A stretch of 64,000 bases of DNA from Ginglymostoma cirratum (GCA_024137785.1 JAHRHZ010000289.1:23625512-23689511), one strand, 5' to 3'. Counted from the first letter of the stretch, positions 34,901-49,000 are shown. Numbers and translations are program-made. The notes: generated from the letters alone by a model not told the origin.

Positions 34901-36925
34901 TCATTCGTTTTTCTTTCTAAGGGTGTGCCATTGTCCAACAAATGCTGTTGGCAATTAAGTTTTTGATATGGGGATACACAATGGTATAACATGGTTTGAA
35001 AGCTATCTGCCGTAGACAATGTTCAGTTCACTGTTTGCTCAAGTTATTATTACATATTGTTATGTTTGCTTTCTCACTTCAAACAGTAATGGTGCTCCTT
35101 TCAAAAAAAGGGTCACTTTGTGTTAGAATACAAATTACTAAGACAGGCTCATATTCATTTAGACTGACTAGCTATTTATGTTGTCTGGCTGATGTAGCAC
35201 AATCTATGACCAAGGGCTCCACATCTGCAGCTGCCTATTTTACCAATATCTAGAGATTGGATCTGCGACCGGATTATCCCGTAACAGTAAAATTGGTGAT
35301 ATACACCATAACATTTACTATCCAATGTGCTGATCTTGCTGCCCATAAATTCATGAAGTGAATTAGAAGTGATGCAGCAGATGGCTTATGTTAACCAAAT
35401 GTAACCCAGGAACTAGAATGTTTTTTAAAAGGAATTTTAACTTGTGGTGCTGGTTTCGACATGTCCCTGACTGGATATGACAGTACCATTCACATTTTGT
35501 AATCTTGAAACTGCTCTGGTCATCTCCTCAGGGATTTGAAATCATAGCATTGTTTCAAATCTTTTGGGGACATGGGGGTATTCCTCTGTGACCACAGAAA
35601 TCAATAAAGACTTCTAGATTTTGAGCAAGTATAAGATTATGTAAGCACATAGCTCTGCTCACTGGTGTAAAACATGTCAGGTTAACGATGATGATTTCAT
35701 GATCAATCGCTCATCAGGAATCAGTAACTGTATGTTAGTTTATTTAAAACAGTATTGTACATTCCAAATTATTAAGACATTGCAGCAGATCAACTGATTT
35801 TTCTGTTTGCAGCTTGCAAACACAAAGGAGACCAACTGTCCATCTAGAGTTGCAACATTGTATACACACAGCAGATGGAGCTTTTAAGGTGAAAGATGCA
35901 AAACAACATGACCCTCCTTTGCAAAAGCAAGTTTGACTAATTACAATATCAAGTGAGCCAGAATAATTTGCTTATGCTAATATTTTGTTCCAGATTAGCC
36001 ACTGACTAACCTCATTCCTCAACAGCTTCCAGGTCATTTTGACACTTCCAGTTCCACACCCTGGGTTCTTCTAATTCTGTCAAAGTTTTAACTTTCTGTT
36101 GGTCCAGTGATTGTTTGGTGCCTCTACACCCTCCTTCAGTCATAAAGCATCATTGCTAGAATTCATTTTTGCAAGGGCTGTTTCATGAGTCTTTTGAAGC
36201 TTTTTGTTGTGTGTGTTCTCTATCTCCAGCCGGTTTTTTGCTGATCAGTCATTTTCTCCAGTACTGCTCTGAGTTTAAATGATGCTTCTGTAGCTGTTTC
36301 TGCTGAGAAGATCTGCTTTACTTGTGAGTTGCTCCAAACCTTCCTGTAAACTGCCAATTGTTTAACTAAATTGATGCTACTGAGCTTGTAGTTCATCCTG
36401 TTTCCTTTCTTTCTCTTTCGGCTCTTCATTCATCTTTGAAGGCTGAGCACAGGTTATCCCTTAAAGACTTAATCTTCTCATTCTCAAGTTTCGATTTAGT
36501 TGTTCAGCTTTTTCCTTTTCAACTTTCATTTTTCTCGTCAGCAATTCAGAAGTGTTCCATTCTTCTTTCATATTTGGTTCTTCAAGAATTTCTTGAATAG
36601 TCTGCTGCTGTTTCTGTCGTGTCTCTGATGTTTGACTAATTCCATGCATTTTGACCATTGTAAGGTCACAGCATGCTGCTTTCTATAATGTTGAACATTT
36701 GCAGTATCTGGCTGGGTTAATTAAACTATTGATCCTGCATGTGGAATTGGTGAACCATTGTATGCTGAAAATTTTATATTTATAGGTTTCATCATGGATT
36801 CCCAAATCAATTATAACAAGCATGGGGCTGGATGAACACAGCAGGTCAAGCAGCATCATAGGAGCAGGAAAACTTGACGTTTCGGGCCTAAACCCTTCAT
36901 CAGAAAATCTTTTTCTGATGAAGGG

Positions 36926-37325
36926 NNNNNNNNNNNNNNNNNNNNNNNNNNNNNNNNNNNNNNNNNNNNNNNNNNNNNNNNNNNNNNNNNNNNNNNNNNN
37001 NNNNNNNNNNNNNNNNNNNNNNNNNNNNNNNNNNNNNNNNNNNNNNNNNNNNNNNNNNNNNNNNNNNNNNNNNNNNNNNNNNNNNNNNNNNNNNNNNNNN
37101 NNNNNNNNNNNNNNNNNNNNNNNNNNNNNNNNNNNNNNNNNNNNNNNNNNNNNNNNNNNNNNNNNNNNNNNNNNNNNNNNNNNNNNNNNNNNNNNNNNNN
37201 NNNNNNNNNNNNNNNNNNNNNNNNNNNNNNNNNNNNNNNNNNNNNNNNNNNNNNNNNNNNNNNNNNNNNNNNNNNNNNNNNNNNNNNNNNNNNNNNNNNN
37301 NNNNNNNNNNNNNNNNNNNNNNNNN
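36926..37325. other. Assembly gap (400 N)
   Basis: Run of N. Confidence 1.
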
Positions 37326-37350
37326 AAACCCTTCATCAGAAAATCTTTTT

Positions 37351-37378
37351 CTGATGAAGGGTTTAGGCCCGAAACGTC
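37351..37378 (+). ncRNA. Minimal hammerhead ribozyme core
   Basis: CUGAUGA-A-GGG(uuuagg)CCC-GAAA-C-GUC with a 3-bp stem I (uuu/aag); mirror copy on the minus strand at 36876-36903. Confidence 0.65.
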
Positions 37379-38936
37379 AAGTTTTCCTGCTCCTATGATG
37401 CTGCTTGACCTGCTGTGTTCATCCAGCCCCATGCTTGTTATCTCGGATTCTCCAGCATCTGCAGTACCTTTTATCCCAAATCAATTGTTTTTTTTTGAAT
37501 CCACGGAAATAGTAAATTGGCAATTGGACGGTGTCAATCTTAGCCAATAATATATAATCACCAGTTTTCTGAGGACAAATTAACTGAATTTTTACAAACA
37601 CTTCAGGTGGTGTGTGAAAAGGATTTTTTCAATACAATTGACAGAGTGAAACTTGTGCTCACTACACTTTGTTTCATTGTGTACGTCACCAGGTTCTGGT
37701 TTGTGAAGAACTTCATGTGTACATTCCTGGCAAGATATGCCATTGCCTTATTGTTGCTGTAAGATACTCCATTTATATGGCTTGTTTGAATCAGTGCATG
37801 GCTTTTTATTGCTACATTAACCTTTGCTTCAATATATTGTCTCTGCCAATTGTGTTCTCTGCCACATGGCCTACAAAATTGATCACATACTTAGCATTTC
37901 ACTGGTGCATTCAGAAGACCACGCCTTTTCTTACATGTCTTGCAGTGTTTGGTTATTCTAGTGACTGTGTCAACCATCGTGTTTGTACTTAGGACCTGTA
38001 TGCTTTACTAGCCTGTGAGGACAGCTTCGTACTTACATATAACTTTTCAATGGTATAAGTATTTGGTTTGTCTCACAACTCCTTCTGGAAAGCTTCCAGG
38101 AGAAGTAGATGTGATCATCATATCAACAATTCTGTTTGCTGGCTCTCAATCTGAAAAATCACAAAATTAGTCCTTTTATCTGTGCCTGCTTATTAAGTGC
38201 TCTGTGGATTCCATTGGCTTATGTTTGAATGATGTGAATACTAGTCGATGAATATAGACCTTTAGTTTGATTCTGAATTGCTATCTTATTGTGGTTCATA
38301 TTGTTGAGGATCTTTTAGCTCCATGACTATTAATCCTGATGTGTTGCGTCTGTATAGAACTTTGTTCTGATTAATAAAGAAATCTTATTGGCTTGCTTTT
38401 CTGTGTTAGATATACCCAAATCTAGAAACCATTGCTCTTAAATTTAAAGAATGTAAACATTTTGTTAGGAGATCTGCTGTGTCCCAGTTGAAATCAGGGT
38501 ATTCTCAGGATATTTTCCAATATACTTTTGACCTTCCCTTGTTTGCTATTGACCCATCACACACCAGCAGGCTGTGTTTTCAATATACTCCAACACTAGT
38601 AACAAACAAATGCATTGAGGGTTGTTTCATGTACTTTAGCACAGTTTAATACTTTTGACTATGTCTTCTACTTGTAGTTTAACATGCTTGCTGACTATTC
38701 AATTGTGATAGGTTTCATTGGTACAACATTTTCTACTGCTGATCACCATGTTAAAATTAATGATAATGGTCTAGCAGTCAATTGCTGGTTAGGGATTGAG
38801 CAACTGTTGGTTAGTTTATTGGTAACAGTAAAACCAAGCTATGAAGCAGACATTACAATAAATCAATTGATTTCTGTGTGTGCAGGTTACAAATCCAGAG
38901 AAGACTTACTGTTCAGGAAGAACATTGTATATACAC

Positions 38937-39058
38937 ACGTATGGAGTCCTTAAACCTCTTAAAGGCAATGTACAGGGAATATAAAGCACAATAAGAACGT
39001 ATGGAGTCCTTAAACCTCTTAAAGGCAATGTACAGGGAATATAAAGCACAATAAGAAC
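38937..39058 (+). repeat. Perfect 60-bp tandem duplication
   Basis: acgtatggagtccttaaacctcttaaaggcaatgtacagggaatataaagcacaataaga x2, then 'ac'. Confidence 0.97.
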
Positions 39059-39599
39059 CCACTCTCAGTTCAGATGGTTTCAGAAATGTACCATAGCATA
39101 AGTTACATCATTGGTCATGGATGTTATAATTTCCTACAAAATCTTCACGAGAACAATAGTGCACAATTCAAAGAGTTTTCAAAAATTTCTGGACAAGTGT
39201 TTTTATCCAAATTTCCCAAACTATGGACTGAATTGATTCACACTTACAAATGTTAGTGTTTGAATGTCATTATATGGAGAATATTATGTGTCCCTGTGTC
39301 ATATAGCAAAAACTATCACTTCGGTTCAATGTAACTTGTATCAAATCAAATGACATTTTTCATGGCACATGACACCTTCCCAGATTGGCACTTTACTCAC
39401 TTGCTCTCATATAATGCTGAAAAGTTGAAAAATTAACCAATGTAGGAGCTTATTTTACATAGAGTACAACATGCACTGATGAGAACTGCACCAAGTTATG
39501 GAGAGGATACTACACACAATGGCGTGAATTCTGGACCAAAGTGGTAATTTACTGGTCAATCAGAAGATAAGTTAGAAAAAAATAGAAGAATCAGATGAC

Positions 39600-39770
39600 A
39601 AACTTCCTTCTGACGCTTATGAGCCTAACAATTCAGAAAATGATGCATTTTCTGAAAGCCCTGGTAGAGAGTGGAAACCAAATTTCCTTCTGACACATTT
39701 GAGTCTAACAGTACAGAAAATGATGAAGAAAGTGACTGATTTACTGATAGAGTTGGTAGAGAGTGGAAAC
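39600..39770 (+). repeat. Diverged tandem duplication (about 80-90 bp unit)
   Basis: 'aaacttccttctgac...gagcctaaca...cagaaaatgatg...tggtagagagtggaaac' occurs twice. Confidence 0.85.
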
Positions 39771-40164
39771 TAGTCCAAAGCAGCTACACCAAAGATGTAC
39801 TGTAACTGGGAAGAGACTTTGTGAGTCTTAGTACTGTCAAGTCTACTTTGAACTTTTCTCCTCCTTGAAAAAGATATGAAAATAATGAAGGAACTTTATA
39901 TTGTTTTGACTCTAATCACTAAATAGTTTAAGATTTTGCTAACTTTATTTTCGACTGTGGTTTCTGAGATAAAAGTGACACCAGTGAACGATATGACTAC
40001 ATTGGCTAGATTTTCTTTCCAGCAGCAGGGTTGCATTACGACCAGGACATCTGTTCAGACTTTCAACCCAACTGAAACTCCAACTCATTTATTCAGGTTT
40101 GGGTTTATTCGCTCTGCAGGGTGTGCTCATTGTTGGAATTCCTGTCACTAAAGTGTGGACCATA

Positions 40165-41525
40165 AAGCCATAGGACGTAAGAGCAGAAGAAGGCCATTAG
40201 GCCTATTGGATCTGCTCCACCGTTCAGTGAGAATGTGGCTGATCAGATAATCCTCAAGTCCACTTTCCTGCCTTTACACCATAACCCTTGACTGCCTTAC
40301 TGATTAAAAATCTGTCTACCTGAGCCTTGACTATACTTAATTACCCAGCCTCAACAACCCTCTGTGGTAAAGAATGCCACAGATTCAGCACCCTCTGAGT
40401 GAAAAAAAAATCCTCATCTCTGTCTTAAATGGACATGAAATGAGATTATGCTCTTTGGTTCTAGACTCTCCCACAAGGGCAAACAACCTCTCAGCATTCA
40501 CCCAGTCAAGCCCTCTAAGAATCTTAAAAATTTCAATAAGGTTGCTTCTCATTCTTTGAAACTCCACTGAGTACAGGCCCAACCTACTCAACTTCTCATA
40601 AGATGGTCCTTCCATACCTAGGATCAACTCAGTGAACCTCCTCTGGACTGCCTCCAATGCCAGTGTATCTTTTCCTTGGATAAAGGAACCAAAACTGTTT
40701 GCAGTATTCTAGGTGTGGTCCAACTGGTGTCTTGTTTAGCAAGATTTCCCTACTTTTATACTCCATTCACTTTGAAATCAAGCCCAACATTTAATTTACC
40801 TTTCCTATTACCTGCAGAAATTATAAGCGTTTTTTGTGATTTATGCAGGAGGAACCCCAAATTCCCTTGTGCTGCAGTTTTCTCCATTTAAACAGTCCTC
40901 AGATCGTCCTACCTTCACACCAAAGTACATAACAACAAATTTTCTCAAATTATAACCTATTTGCCAAGTTTTTGTCCATTCACTTAATCTGTCTATATCC
41001 CTCTGCGGACTCTTTGTGTCATCCTTACCACTTTCCTTCCTAACTACTTTTGTGTCATCTGCACAACTAAAGTACATTCACTTCCCAAATCTAAGTAATT
41101 AATATATACTGAAAACATATTTTATATATCTAATAGTACTGATCCCTGTAGCACTCCAGTAGTTACAAGTTGCACTCCTGAAAATGCCCCTCTTATCCCA
41201 ACTCTTCTTTTGGTTAACCAATCCTCAATCCATGTGAATATACCATGTCCAATACCATCGACTCATATCTTATGAGGTAGACTAATGAGTGGAACCTTAT
41301 GAAGCACCTTTTGGAATTCCAAATATATTACGTCCACTGGTTCCCCTTTAGTATCTGTTTGTACTTCCTCAAAGAACTCTTACATTTGTCAGGAATGACT
41401 TCCCCTTCATGAAGCCACGTTTGATTATGTTGTGTATTTCTAAATGTTCTGCTATTACATTATTATAGCCTCCAACATTTTCCCAATTACAGACAGTAAA
41501 ATAACTGTCCTATAGTTTCCTATTT
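40165..41525 (-). mobile_element. CR1-clade LINE, 5'-truncated, decayed
   Basis: ORFs 40841-41077 'CADDTKVVRK...QRDIDRLSEWTKTWQ' and 40385-40657 'EAVQRRFTELILGMEGPSYEKLSRLGLYSVEF.RMRSNLIEIFKIL'. Confidence 0.93.
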
Positions 41526-43919
41526 ATTCTGAACAGGAACTTAAAGCAATATTTTAGTAGATACATAACTGAAGCAGCTCAAAAACTAGTGAGGGATACT
41601 CGGGTGAAAACAACTCAGATGAAAGTAGAAGCTGCAATTTTACAGGGTTTGGTAGAGGCAGACAAAGGTAAACGAGTTGAAAAAAATTTGAAGGAATAGC
41701 AAGCATTCAGTAAATGCTCCATTTCTGGGCAGTGGAGCTCTTTTCACTCTAACCCTTGTTTATTGGCACGTAGTATCAGGTGATCCTGATGAATGGTGGT
41801 AATAAGTGAGGATGGCTGAGATTTAAATCCTAACTTGCTGTCGGCATTTACAGAAAGGGACGGTGCTGAAAGGTAAAGATAATTAAAAGTTGGGTTAGGT
41901 GTTGTTTGCAATTTTCGATAGGAAAGCAGTCTACATAGTGTGGTCTGCCAAAGGATGTATTAGTGCCAATAAAGGAGCATGTCATTGAATTCTGACTCAA
42001 CCTTTCATCCCTTGGTTTATGAGACAGCAATGTATCAAGTGTATTCTCATACACTTTTCCAAAATTATATCATTGGTAAATTAAAACCATGAGCATAGTT
42101 TTCCTGTAAAATTATACTAGGCTAATTATTCATAATCTCTTGAACAAACATTTGACTAATGCACTTATCCTACTCCCTCGAACACTTTTAACTTTTGAAG
42201 ACTATTTATGAGGTGCAATAGATAGCTAAGGTATTGTTAATTGCTCAATATTCCAACTCTCCAAGACTGCTGCATTAGAATGAAGTGACTCTTTTGCTCA
42301 GATGATGAGAAACTATGATCTTTATTAAAAGTAAATGAATAAACATTAGAATCTCTTGCTCTGTATTTGACCTCTGGCTTGAATCCATTCCAACAAAATA
42401 TTTGAAATTTTCTCTTTACTAGCTGTAGCTTAAGACTCAAGATTGTCAAGTCTCAATTCAATTTGTATAATTTCAAACTAAAATGGAAATATTAGACTGA
42501 TGTGTGGGCTATTGCTGGATTGGCAATGTGACATATTTTTGAAGAGTGACCTTTACTGTGAGCCGGCAGCACCTGGCCTGAGAATCTTTGATACCAACAC
42601 TGGGCACTCAAAGTAGATAAAAGCTCCATCTTCCATTGCTGACAACCTTCATCTTGAGTAACATAGAAATTATCAATCCATCCCTCTCTGTAATAAGACA
42701 AAACATCAACTTAATTGGCACAAAATGGACAGGTGGGACATTGAAAATTAGGGAGTTTTTTTATCCAGTCAAAACTCATCTGTTTTAACAATTTTGACTT
42801 GCAGGATTCTTCAGGCAGATTGTATGCTTGTCTAAAAACAAACAAGGGCCTTGCAGATCTATGCAAATCTGAGTGCCGTTATAACAAAACAACTTCTGTT
42901 GTATTTTGAACGGGGTCTCAGTTAGGGTGGAGGTTTGTGGGAGCAATATTTAGCATTGTAGCTTTCTTACTAAGCTGAAACAGGAATGGAAATGATCTGC
43001 AGACAGAAGGCGACTGTTAAATTTTCTTTTGTGGGGTCAGGAGGTGATGGTGTCACCACAGGCTATGCAAGGAAAGGTATGGTCTGCCTGCCTGAGACTC
43101 CGTCTCTTCCTTCCTGTGAACACCTCCTAAAATCCCCTCCCTTTGACTGTTTTGGCAGACAAATTTTCCTCTTCCACTAACCAGCCTAACAGCCTTTGTC
43201 ACTACCCATTCCCTTGCTGTCTTCTGTCACTTGAGCAGCAGCAGATTCTCAGCAAAACACCAGTTTAGAACCCATTCGGAGTTAAAATTGCTTCCTAAAT
43301 GTCAAATGAAATGTATGATGCAACCTCTCTGCCTTACCATCAATAACCTATATTTTCCTATAGCTAAATTAGGCAATATCAGAATATCTCAAAATAAAAG
43401 ACAGACTTTTCACTTGCTCAGATGTTTCAGCGATACGCTACAGTATTGCAACATTGTGGTCTTACAAGCATTTCTTTATGGCGCTGTCTTCTAAATTCTT
43501 ATCTGTTTTTCAAATGCGCATTGCTATCTTCTATCATTTTATGTCAACTATGCTGTATGGGAGGAATTCTGCCTCTGAGGCAGAAAATTGTGAATTTGAA
43601 CTACATTCCAGGGATTGAATCCTTGAACCGAGAGTGCTGTATTGGCAAAAGTGCTTTTGGATTAACGTAAAACTGGGTTAATCCTGCTTGTTTGGTGGTT
43701 TAAACAGATGCTAGAAATTCTACTCAATGAAATGCCAGCAAATTCCTGGTTTTCCCAGCCAATATTCCTTCCTTACATTACATTGAAAACAGGCTAACTG
43801 GCACACCTGGTATTTATTGCCTGTCCCAAGTGGTTCTACAGAAGGTGGCAAGGAGCTGCCTGGTTGAAATGTCGGACTGGGTGCTGGCTAAGCATTTGCT
43901 GAGTTACTTTGTTGAAGTG

Positions 43920-44165
43920 TTGGATCCTCTTAACATCCATCCTGTGAAGCCCCTTCAGAATCTTGTATGCTTCAACAAGATCACTCTTCATTCTCTAGAG
44001 CTCTAATGTTTAGTTGGTCTTGGTAACGCACATGAGCCCAGACTGTCCCACATTGTACTCCATCTGCCAAGTTTTTGCCTATTTCCTTAACCTGTCTATA
44101 TTCACTTGGTCCTTATCACTATATGCTCTTCCACCTTTCCTTCTATTACAGCAAATTTGGATATC
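43920..44165 (-). mobile_element. CR1 fragments
   Basis: 'cccacattgtactccatctgccaagtttttgcctatttccttaacctgtctatatt'; homologous to 40930-41000. Confidence 0.7.
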
Positions 44166-46819
44166 CTAGTGAATTACAGATTTTGACACAGTGATTATGA
44201 GTAATTACAATATACTTTCAAATCTGTGAGTCTGTAACTTGGAGGGGAATCTTGGAGCTGCTTGTGCTCCTAAAATAATAAGGAGACTGTCACGTAGAAG
44301 CCAATGATGACTACACTTGAATGTAAATGCATTTTTGTTATTTTGGGATATGACTGATACTGGCAAGGTGAAATTTATTCCCTATCCATAGTTAACCACA
44401 TAGTATGACATCTGAGTCAAAGCAGGTCAGAACAGTTCATGACTGACTGATTTTCCTCTCAGAAGAACATTAAAATGAATCATTTTTGAGTCATCTTTGA
44501 AAGATATGGATATAGGTTATAAATATTCCAGTTATTTTTCTTTCCTATTTAAACTTTATATTTTAAAATCAGCCTGAAACACTTATTTCATCAGAAGATT
44601 CCCACAATGAAATCGAAAATAATCACCTACCCTTTGTTATAAGATACACTGAGAATAGTGATGTTAGCTAGCTCTATGCAGAAGCCTATATGTACCTACT
44701 AGGGCTACAAATAGATACTTATGAAGACAGGATGTCACAATGACCCTTTCAAACTGTTGAGTTTAAGGGAATGCAAAGGAGTATTGCATTTCAGAGAAAA
44801 GTAGATAATGAAATACAGTAAATAATGGACACTTGCAAGTGAGCTACATGTTGCAACTAAACGAAACGGTTCAAATAGCTTGTAATAGTGCCATATTTTG
44901 GAAATAATTTTACAGTTCACTTCTGGAAATTCTGTGAGGCTATATATTGAGAACCTAAATATCGTAAATGAAAAAAAGTCTTTTGTTTTAAATCATTTAA
45001 GTTAATGAAGCAAGGATGTCTTCCTACACAAAGATCCTGTCAAGTGAGCAAAGACATTAAAAACAGGATGTACCTCAAAGAGATATATTAATGCAACTGT
45101 AACACAATGGTTACAGCATTGCAGCGGTAACAGGAGCTCCAATGTAGAAGTGACACTGACATAAACGATGCACTATTAGAGCCAAATTATCAAGCAACAA
45201 CATCTAAGAATAATATTACCTGCACAGCAATACTGCAATAGCCTAGAACTATTGTATGAATAGCATTACCATAACAGTGACAATGAAAGAGTCGTTCTGC
45301 TGTAAGAGACAAAGACAGCATCAGTGATATTAAAAGTGTTTATATTATGGTGTTCTCATGCTGCACCATGCAGTGCGGTACCAGCAGCCCAAGATATAAT
45401 GACCAGATGCAATATCGGACATAGTACTATAAGTGACAGAAGTGAATCTGACTTAGCTTTTGAGCAGCATGTCAATTTTTACTGCCTGCTATTAATCACA
45501 AAAATGTTGCTAAATACCACAAAATTCCTCTATCCACTCCCTTCTTTATTAGTAAGGCTTTAAACTTCTGTTGCTAGAAAAGGAATAGGTAGAAGAATAA
45601 CATGAAAAGAATTCCTGGAAAATGTTTAATTCTTAAATAATTAACAATGGTGCCAATCATTATTGAAAAAGAAATCATTTTGAAAAATGGTTTGCCTCCC
45701 TAATCAATGAACTCATCAAACAGTCCCCGTTGTGAAGTTTAATGTTGGTTATTTCATTTAAAATATCAAATGATTTTACAGTTACGTACATCTAGCAAAT
45801 TATGACACAGTGATAGTGTCTCTACCCCTGAACCAGGAGACCAGGCTTCAAGTCTCACCTGCTCTGGTGGTGTGTAACAACATCTGTGAACAGGTTGATT
45901 AGAAAAATATCTTCAACACACCATTAAACATTATTATCTTTGGAGACTTTTCAGTACTTCTCCCAATTATTGATACAATAGAATGCATGGCAACAAACAG
46001 CAATGAGAATGACAGAGTATGCTGGTGTAAATTGCAACATAATATACCTATTATTAGCTCAGACATTGCACCACTAAAACAGACAGACAGCCCCTCCGTC
46101 CTTGAATGAATAGAAATAAACTACCAAGTACAGAAGTTGGATCTTCCAGTCCTACAGAAATCGAGAAGCCAGGAGGGGGATCTTAAAAGGGTAAGCGGCC
46201 AAAATTCAGAATCCCAACTGTAGGATAAAATTTTGTACTTAAATTCTGTAACCTTGAAAGGTAGGTTGACCTCCCTAATGGCAAGAGTCAGGAAACCTAC
46301 TTGCATTCATTTGCACCTCATTAAAGAACAGTGTGTTTGGATTAAGTGCTCATCCCAATTAAGTTCTCCCCAATCGAGAAATGCTTGAGTTCAGATAAGC
46401 AACTGCACAAAAGAGGCAAGCATCTGGCAAGGTGGATTTCTTCCTGGAATCCAGAGGAAATACCTGCTGCTTTTTCCTTGTAGAAATAAATTTTTACAGC
46501 AATGCTTCTGACTGAGTTGCACAAGTGGAGCAAAGGAAGCACAAAGGAGGAACAGTTTGGTCTCCAGAATAGGGTGGAGTGGACAGCGCAGGAGACAAAG
46601 TGTGAATGGGTACGGGAGGAGTACTGTTTAGGAATTGTAGAACATTGACAGCGTAAGGTGCTGTCACTCATTCAGTGCTCATATTCCATCTCATGCTGAG
46701 GCTTGCATGCAATCCAGTTAGGTGACATCCCTCTGCGCTGGCACAGTTGGACTGTGATGCCATGAAGAGAGTCAGTTTGCACTGGCTACATAGCGCCACT
46801 TATCCTTGCAGAGTGCAGG

Positions 46820-48850
46820 GGATTATAAAATAGTAAGGGTTTCTATAGATATTTTTAAAAAGGGACAGAGTGAGTACTAGAAAGTGAGTCTGGAGAATTA
46901 ATAATGGAAAATAAACGGATGACAAATGAGCTGGAAGTGGCATCCTAACTTAGACATACATTACTGTTCCTTCAGTGTCACCGGGTGAAAATCATGGAAC
47001 TTCCAAATGGCATTGTGGGTCTATGTGCACCAAACAGACCGCAGTGGTTCAAGAAGGCAGCACACCATCACCTTCTCAAGGGTAACTCAGGGTGGGAAAT
47101 AACTGCTGGTCCAGCCGTTGATGCCTATGTCTCATGAATGAATATTATAAAACATTGAACAGATATTTCCAACAGTCTTCACCGTACAGAATAGGTAACA
47201 CACCAGAAATAGCTACTGATCAATATATGGGAGGCAGAAAGGAACTCAAGAAAATTGCAATCACTAGTTTTGGGCAAATTGTTGGAGCTGTGGAGCACCA
47301 TCCTGGAGTCTTAAAAGAAAGGGCTTGGTGAGATAGTTGATGTGTTGGTTTCAATTATCCAAAAATCCCTCAATTCAAGGAAGATTCTTTAGATTGTAAA
47401 GTAGTGAATGTATCTCCTTTACGCAAAAAGATGAGACAGAAAGCCAGAAAGTGCAGGCCAGTCAGCTGAACACCTGTCACTGGAAAGCTGTTAAAAACTA
47501 TTACTAAAGACGTTAACAGATGACAAAGTTCAAGGCAATTAGGAAGAGTTAACATGGATTTATGAGAGGTAAATTCCTTTTAACCAATTTATGGGAGTTC
47601 TTTAAGTAACATATGCTATGGATAAAGGGGGTCTGGCAGACGTACTGTACTTAGATTGCTAAGGTGTAACAACAAGGATTACTACGAAAAATAAATGTTC
47701 ATGCTGTTTTATTATGTCATAGATTTCAGACTAGACAGGCCTGTACTTTTGTACTAAAGCAATACGTTTTGTAATGCAATGTAACTGTCTTAAAGGTACA
47801 GGCCAGTCTGATATGGAATCTATACCATTAAACAACATGTAGCATAGGGGTAACATATTATTGGGGTAGAATAATGGATAGCCAACAGGAAAAAAGAACA
47901 GGCATAATTGGATCATTTTCTGATTGGCAAGATTTAACGAGTGATGTCCCCTAGGGACCAGTGCTGGGGCCTCAAAATTTACAACATATGTACATAACTT
48001 AGATGAAGGGACCAAAGGTATTGTTGCTAATTTTGCTGATGACATAAAAATAGGTAGGAAAGTAAGCTGTGAAAACAAACTAAAGGAGTGACAAAGGGAT
48101 AGAAATAGGTTAAGTGAGTAGACAAGGATTTCGCAAATTTTGTACACTGTTGGAAAATGTGAAATTGTCCACTTTGGCAGGAAAAATTAAAAAAATGTAT
48201 TATCTCAATGGTGAGAGATTGCAATGCTCTGATATGCAAAGGAATCTTGGTGATCTAGTGCACCAATGGTAAACAGGGTTAATGTGCTGGTACAGCAAGT
48301 AATTCAGAAAGCAAATCAAATGTTCTTAATTATTCAGAGGTGAAGGAGTAGAAAATTAGGGAGGTTATGCTTCAGTTGTACAGAGGATAAGACTATCTCT
48401 GGAGTACTGTGTTTAGCTTTGATCTCCTTATGTAAGGATAGATGCAAATGTGTGAATGCAGTTCAGAGAAGGTTTACTAACTAATACTGAAATGGATGTT
48501 TCATCTTCTGAAGAAAGGTTGGACAGGCTAGGATTGGATCTGTTGAAATTTGAAAGAGTAAGAGGTGGCGCGTTTAAAACATACAAGATGCTGAGGTGAC
48601 TTGACAGGATGCACTTGGAAAGGACGATTCCTCTTGTAGGGGAATTTAGAACCAGAGGTCACTGTTTCAAAGTAAAGGGTTGACCATTAAGATACAGATA
48701 AAGAGATTTGTTTTTTCCTCATAAAGAATCATGAGTCTTTGAAAATCTCTTCCTCGAAAGGCAGTGGAAGCAGAGTCCTTGAATATTTTAAAGGCCGGAA
48801 TAGATGCATTCTTGATAAGCAAAGAGGTATAAGTGGTAGGCAGAAATGTA
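46820..48850 (+). mobile_element. CR1-clade LINE, decayed, with nested LINE tail (about 46935-47145)
   Basis: 'DEGTKGIVANFADDIKIG' (FADD at 48032-48043), 'gatgtcccctagggaccagtgctggggcctc' (GVPQGSVLGP-like) and a CR1 3' UTR. The nested piece matches the reverse complement of 63300-63520. Confidence 0.92.
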
Positions 48851-48865
48851 GAGAATGACAGAAGT

Positions 48866-48988
48866 CTCACCTGATGAAGGAGCAGCGCTACAAAAGCTTG
48901 TGATTTCAAATAAACCCGTTGGACTTTAATCTAGTGTCATGTAACTTCTGACTTTGTCTACGCCAATCCAACATTGGCATCTCCACAC
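48866..48988 (+). mobile_element. Penelope-like terminal fragment (family 3) with hammerhead-type head
   Basis: tcac-CTGATGA-A-GGAGC-agc-GCTaC-aAAA-GC-TT-gtga, followed by 'caaataaacccgttggacttta'. Confidence 0.75.
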
Positions 48989-49000
48989 CTTGAGTTCTAC

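Larger units (their letters stand above)
36800..37486. mobile_element. Penelope-like palindromic insert (family 1) with 13-bp TSD, split by an assembly gap
   Basis: Arms at about 36813-36907 and 37347-37441 read as exact reverse complements; TSD tcccaaatcaatt at 36800-36812 and 37474-37486. Confidence 0.9.

Noticed and set aside
36683-37550. 242- and 249-aa ORFs
   Set aside because: Open only because of the N run; the mirrored translations come from the palindrome.
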